Positions 61,300-64,000 of a stretch of 64,000 bases of DNA are shown piece after piece. The stretch comes from an uncultured Actinomycetes bacterium. Lineage in GTDB: Bacteria > Actinomycetota > Acidimicrobiia > IMCC26256 > PALSA-610. The notes under the pieces were generated by a model, which saw only the letters and a program-made list of their open reading frames with translations, was not told the DNA's origin and made no database searches. Positions within the stretch are counted from its first letter, which is position 1; every line of letters begins with the position of its first letter. The translations under genes and the position numbers were made by a program. The stretch is from the NCBI GenBank assembly GCA_963701825.1, contig CAVPBG010000003.1, forward strand, positions 451,762-515,761, given 5' to 3'.

Positions 61300-62352
61300 A
61301 TGGCACAGCACCGACTTCGTAACCGGGCGACGGTGCTGGGACTCCTCGCGATCGCCGCGGTCGGCGTCTTCGGCATCACGACCGCCGGCGCGAAGACCGC
61401 CACCGACGACAACGCAGGCAGCGCGGCCGGTCCCGCAGCCTTGGTGATCACCGACGCGCGCATCGGTACGCGGCCGTTGTCGAGCGGCACCCGCGCGAAC
61501 CCGATCCCGATCGACCCGCACGTACGCGAGACCCTCGCGATGACGGTGAAGAACATCGGCGCGTCGACGGGCCAGGTGCGTTACCTGCGCCTCACCGGCG
61601 CCCTCATGGGCATCAACTTCGTGCACTACGAGGCGAGCGTCAACACCGATGTCGCGCCCGGCGAAACGAGCACGATCAGCGTTCCCGGTGACTTCTTCGA
61701 CATCGACGGCGTCGCGCGCGGCTACGTGAACGCGCAGATGCAACTCGTCGACCAGCAACGTTCCCCGTTGGCGACGCAACACTTCGTCGCCGACGTGCGG
61801 GGCAAGGTCGTCTCGTCGGTCGGCTTCATGTTCCTGAGCGCGCTCGCGTTCGCGGTCATCTCGATCGTCGACATCATCATCGGGCTCTCCCGGCGGCGCC
61901 TGCCCCGCAACCGGTTCGTCCGGGGCATCCTGTTCGCCCTCGCGACCGCGAGCACCGTTGTGACCATCGTGATCGGCGCGGCGATGTTCCGCGTCGCCCT
62001 GTTCGACGCCAACACGTGGGTACCGGCGGTGCTGATCGCGGCAGCCATCGGTTTCGTGCTCGGCTACCTGTCGCCCGGAAGGGCAGTCCGCACCTCGCGC
62101 GACATTGCCGACGACAAGGTCATCGACCTCGTCGCCGCCGATGCCGTGGCCCGGGCCAGCGGCCAGTTCGACGCCAACGCGACCACCGGCACCGTTCCCG
62201 CCACCCACGAGTCGGGCTCCATGCCGGCCACGCACGAGTCGGGCTCGATGCCGGCCACCCACGAGTCGGGCGACTACAGCGAGGTTGCCGCCAACCTCAA
62301 GGAGAACTCGCCGCCCCAACACCACTCCGGCAGCCACGAACCCCTCGAATAA
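61300..62352 (+). CDS. Membrane protein: N-terminal signal/anchor, ectodomain of about 150 aa, three TM helices, cytoplasmic tail with 3x PATHESGSM repeats
   Basis: MAQHRLRNRATVLGLLAIAAVGVFGITTAGA..., then TMs VGFMFLSALAFAVISIVDIIIGL / ILFALATASTVVTIVIGAAMF / VPAVLIAAAIGFVLGYL. RBS GGGGGGCGGG. The ORF opens earlier (60502), but that part overlaps the kinase out of frame. Confidence 0.7.
   Translation: MAQHRLRNRATVLGLLAIAAVGVFGITTAGAKTATDDNAGSAAGPAALVITDARIGTRPLSSGTRANPIPIDPHVRETLAMTVKNIGASTGQVRYLRLTGALMGINFVHYEASVNTDVAPGETSTISVPGDFFDIDGVARGYVNAQMQLVDQQRSPLATQHFVADVRGKVVSSVGFMFLSALAFAVISIVDIIIGLSRRRLPRNRFVRGILFALATASTVVTIVIGAAMFRVALFDANTWVPAVLIAAAIGFVLGYLSPGRAVRTSRDIADDKVIDLVAADAVARASGQFDANATTGTVPATHESGSMPATHESGSMPATHESGDYSEVAANLKENSPPQHHSGSHEPLE
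62197..62274 (+). repeat. 27-bp tandem coding repeat (about 2.9 units) encoding PATHESGSM
   Basis: cccgccacccacgagtcgggctccatg / ccggccacgcacgagtcgggctcgatg / ccggccacccacgagtcgggcgac. Confidence 0.9.
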
Positions 62353-62354
62353 TG

Positions 62355-62405
62355 CGAACTGTCGTGAGTTGTGGGCGCATCGCGCCCACAACTCACGACA
62401 GTTCG
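62355..62405. repeat. Palindromic REP-like element, copy 3 (24-bp perfect stem, 3-nt loop), at a convergent gene junction; probable bidirectional terminator
   Basis: cgaactgtcgtgagttgtgggcgc-atc-gcgcccacaactcacgacagttcg. It lies 3 nt after the TAA at 62350-62352 and 11 nt before the minus-strand stop at 62416. Confidence 0.8.
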
Positions 62406-62415
62406 GGGGTTGGGG

Positions 62416-63430
62416 TTATTCGCCGGAGAAGTTTTCCCACTCCAGGGGGTAGACCCAGTGCTCGCCGTCGATGCCCTTGAGGAGCACGAGGCGACCCTCG
62501 CCGAAGTCGAGGTCGCCACGCGCGGAGGCGATCTCGTGCACGAGGGATGACACGAGGATCTCGCGGCCCTGGGCGTGGCCGGCGACGCGGGCGGCCATGA
62601 TCACGTGGCGGCCGAAGATGTCGTCGCCGGCCGAGATGACCTCGCCGGTGTGCACACCCACACGGATGCGCACCGAACCGTCTTCGTCCTGCCGTTCGCT
62701 CTCGGCCAGTTCCTTCTGCACCGCGATCATGCAGAGCAGCGCGCGGCGCGCGCCCGGGAACGTCAGCATGAAACCGTCGCCCTGGTTCTTGACCTCGTGG
62801 CCCGACCAGCGCTTCAGGTTGCTGCGCACGATGTTGTTGTGCCGGTTCAGCACCTTCATCCACGCGGTGTCGCCCATCGACGTGGCCTTCTCCGTCGACG
62901 ACTCGATGTCGCTGAACACGATGGTGATCGTGCCTTCGTAGTCGTGTGCGCCGAGCAGGCCCTTCGTGTCGCGCAACGATCGGGCGACGGCGTCGAGCGA
63001 GGTTTCCCGCGCCCTTCGGCCCCGCGCTCGCGGCGCGCATGGGCGCACCGGCGATCATCGTCTCGCGCGACCCGCCGGGCGCGAGCGTGGAACGCGCGGT
63101 GCCCTGGTTCTCGACGAGCTCGAACGTCGTGTCACCGATCCGCACGACGGAACCCGGCTGCAAGAGCATGGGAACGTCGATCTTCTTGCCGTCGATGAAC
63201 GTGCCGTTGGTACTGCGCAGATCTTCGACCATGATGTCGACGCCGCGGACCGTGAGCAGCACATGGCGCCGCGACGTCTGCGAGTCGGCGATCAGCAGAC
63301 CGTCACACTCCCGCCCGATCTCGAGCGGCTCCGTCACCTGGACGCGCAGCGGCTTTCGGTTCAGTTGTTTCACCACGATGACCGGATAATCCACGCCGTC
63401 TTCCCTGGTTGCCCATGCGCCCGGACCCAA
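62416..63430 (-). pseudogene. FHA domain fused to a class III adenylate/guanylate cyclase; one frame change near 63005; start uncertain (TTG 63430 or GTG 63394)
   Basis: FHA: LEIGRECDGLLIADSQTSRRHVLLTVRGVDIMVEDLRSTNGTFIDGKKI (ORF 62393..63430). Cyclase: ITIVFSDIESSTEKA...EVKNQGDGFMLTF...IRVGVHTGEVI...GRHVIMAARVAG (ORF 62416..63048). Confidence 0.8.
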
Positions 63431-63504
63431 TCCCCCGAAGCCCAGATGCCCCGGGGCCCCTCGGGGCGCGATGAAAGAGTAGGCCCCGCCGCGCCCCGCG
63501 ACGG

Positions 63505-64000
63505 TCAGTTCGCGGCCGAGTTCACGATCCCGTCATAGAACGCCACCATCGCGGCCGCGACGCGGTCGATCGTGAAGCGTTCCAGGAAGCGGTCGCGCGC
63601 TCGCGATACGTGGTCGGGGGTGGGCCCTTCCCGCAACACCGACACGAGCTCCGCGGCCAGGCCGGCCTCGTCACCGACGGCCACCAGCCGGGCGCACGCC
63701 TCCCCGCCGAAGACCTCCGTGTTGGCGGCGATATCGGTGCACACGATGGGGGCCTCGAGGGCCATCGCCTCGATCACCGCGCCGGGCGAGCCCTCCCAGC
63801 GGGAACTGCTCACGAAGACGTCGGCCGCGCACAACAACTCGGGCGCGTCGGCGCGGAAGCCGAGCAACTCGACGGAGTCGGTGAGGCCGAGCCGCTCGAC
63901 CTGCGCGGTGAGCTCCGCGGTGGCACTCCCCGTGCGCCCGGCCACCAACAGGTGGGCGCTCGGCAGCTGCGCACGCACCTGCTCGAACGCGGCGATCAGC
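63505..64000 (-). CDS. Glycosyltransferase family 1 (GT-B), C-terminal part only (gene continues past the window end)
   Basis: ...LLVAGRTGS...VELLGFRAD...ADVFVSSSRWEGSPGAVIEAMALEAPIVCTDI... Confidence 0.7.
   Translation of the reverse strand, partial: LIAAFEQVRAQLPSAHLLVAGRTGSATAELTAQVERLGLTDSVELLGFRADAPELLCAADVFVSSSRWEGSPGAVIEAMALEAPIVCTDIAANTEVFGGEACARLVAVGDEAGLAAELVSVLREGPTPDHVSRARDRFLERFTIDRVAAAMVAFYDGIVNSAAN

Overview
Very GC-rich window (roughly 70% by eye; third codon positions are almost all G/C), actinobacterium-like, chromosomal and gene-dense. I saw no rRNA, tRNA, CRISPR, transposase or integrase.

Layout:
(1) 1-10.9 kb, core metabolism and transport: 2-oxoacid:ferredoxin oxidoreductase, acyl-CoA dehydrogenase, a five-gene Opp/Dpp-type peptide ABC importer, and a thiolase-like gene plus enoyl-CoA hydratase. 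Nearly every gene here carries 1-4 single-base frame breaks.
(2) 11.0-50.3 kb, a large glycan assembly and decoration island. It holds an epimerase, a pgl-like module (CapD/PglF-type 4,6-dehydratase, DegT aminotransferase, GNAT, WecA/MraY-type polyprenyl-P sugar-1-P transferase), 2 GT4 and 6 GT2 glycosyltransferases, a PglK/MsbA-type ABC exporter, 6 SAM methyltransferases, 3 sulfotransferases, 2 acyltransferase-3 proteins, a CE4 deacetylase and 2 GNATs. Embedded in it is a secreted protein of about 2,390 aa (Fn3-like N-terminus plus 17 tandem 102-aa Ig-like repeats).
(3) 50.3-59.1 kb: a secreted Calx-beta protein and a second giant secreted protein (about 2,310 aa; PKD-like repeats plus Ig-like/chitobiase-C-like super-repeats).
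(4) 59.2-63.4 kb, a signalling module: a non-RD Ser/Thr kinase with a 4-TM sensor-like C-terminus, a membrane protein with the same architecture and a repeat-bearing cytoplasmic tail, and a convergent FHA-adenylate cyclase.
(5) A partial GT1 gene at the right edge.

A palindromic element with conserved 16-nt outer arms occurs three times, each just after a stop codon.

Main caveat: the many frame breaks, concentrated in 1-17.6 kb, could be assembly indels or real pseudogenisation. I cannot tell which from the sequence alone, so whole-gene spans are given and broken genes are flagged as pseudogene 'as sequenced'. All family calls rest on motif recognition in the supplied translations, not on database searches.
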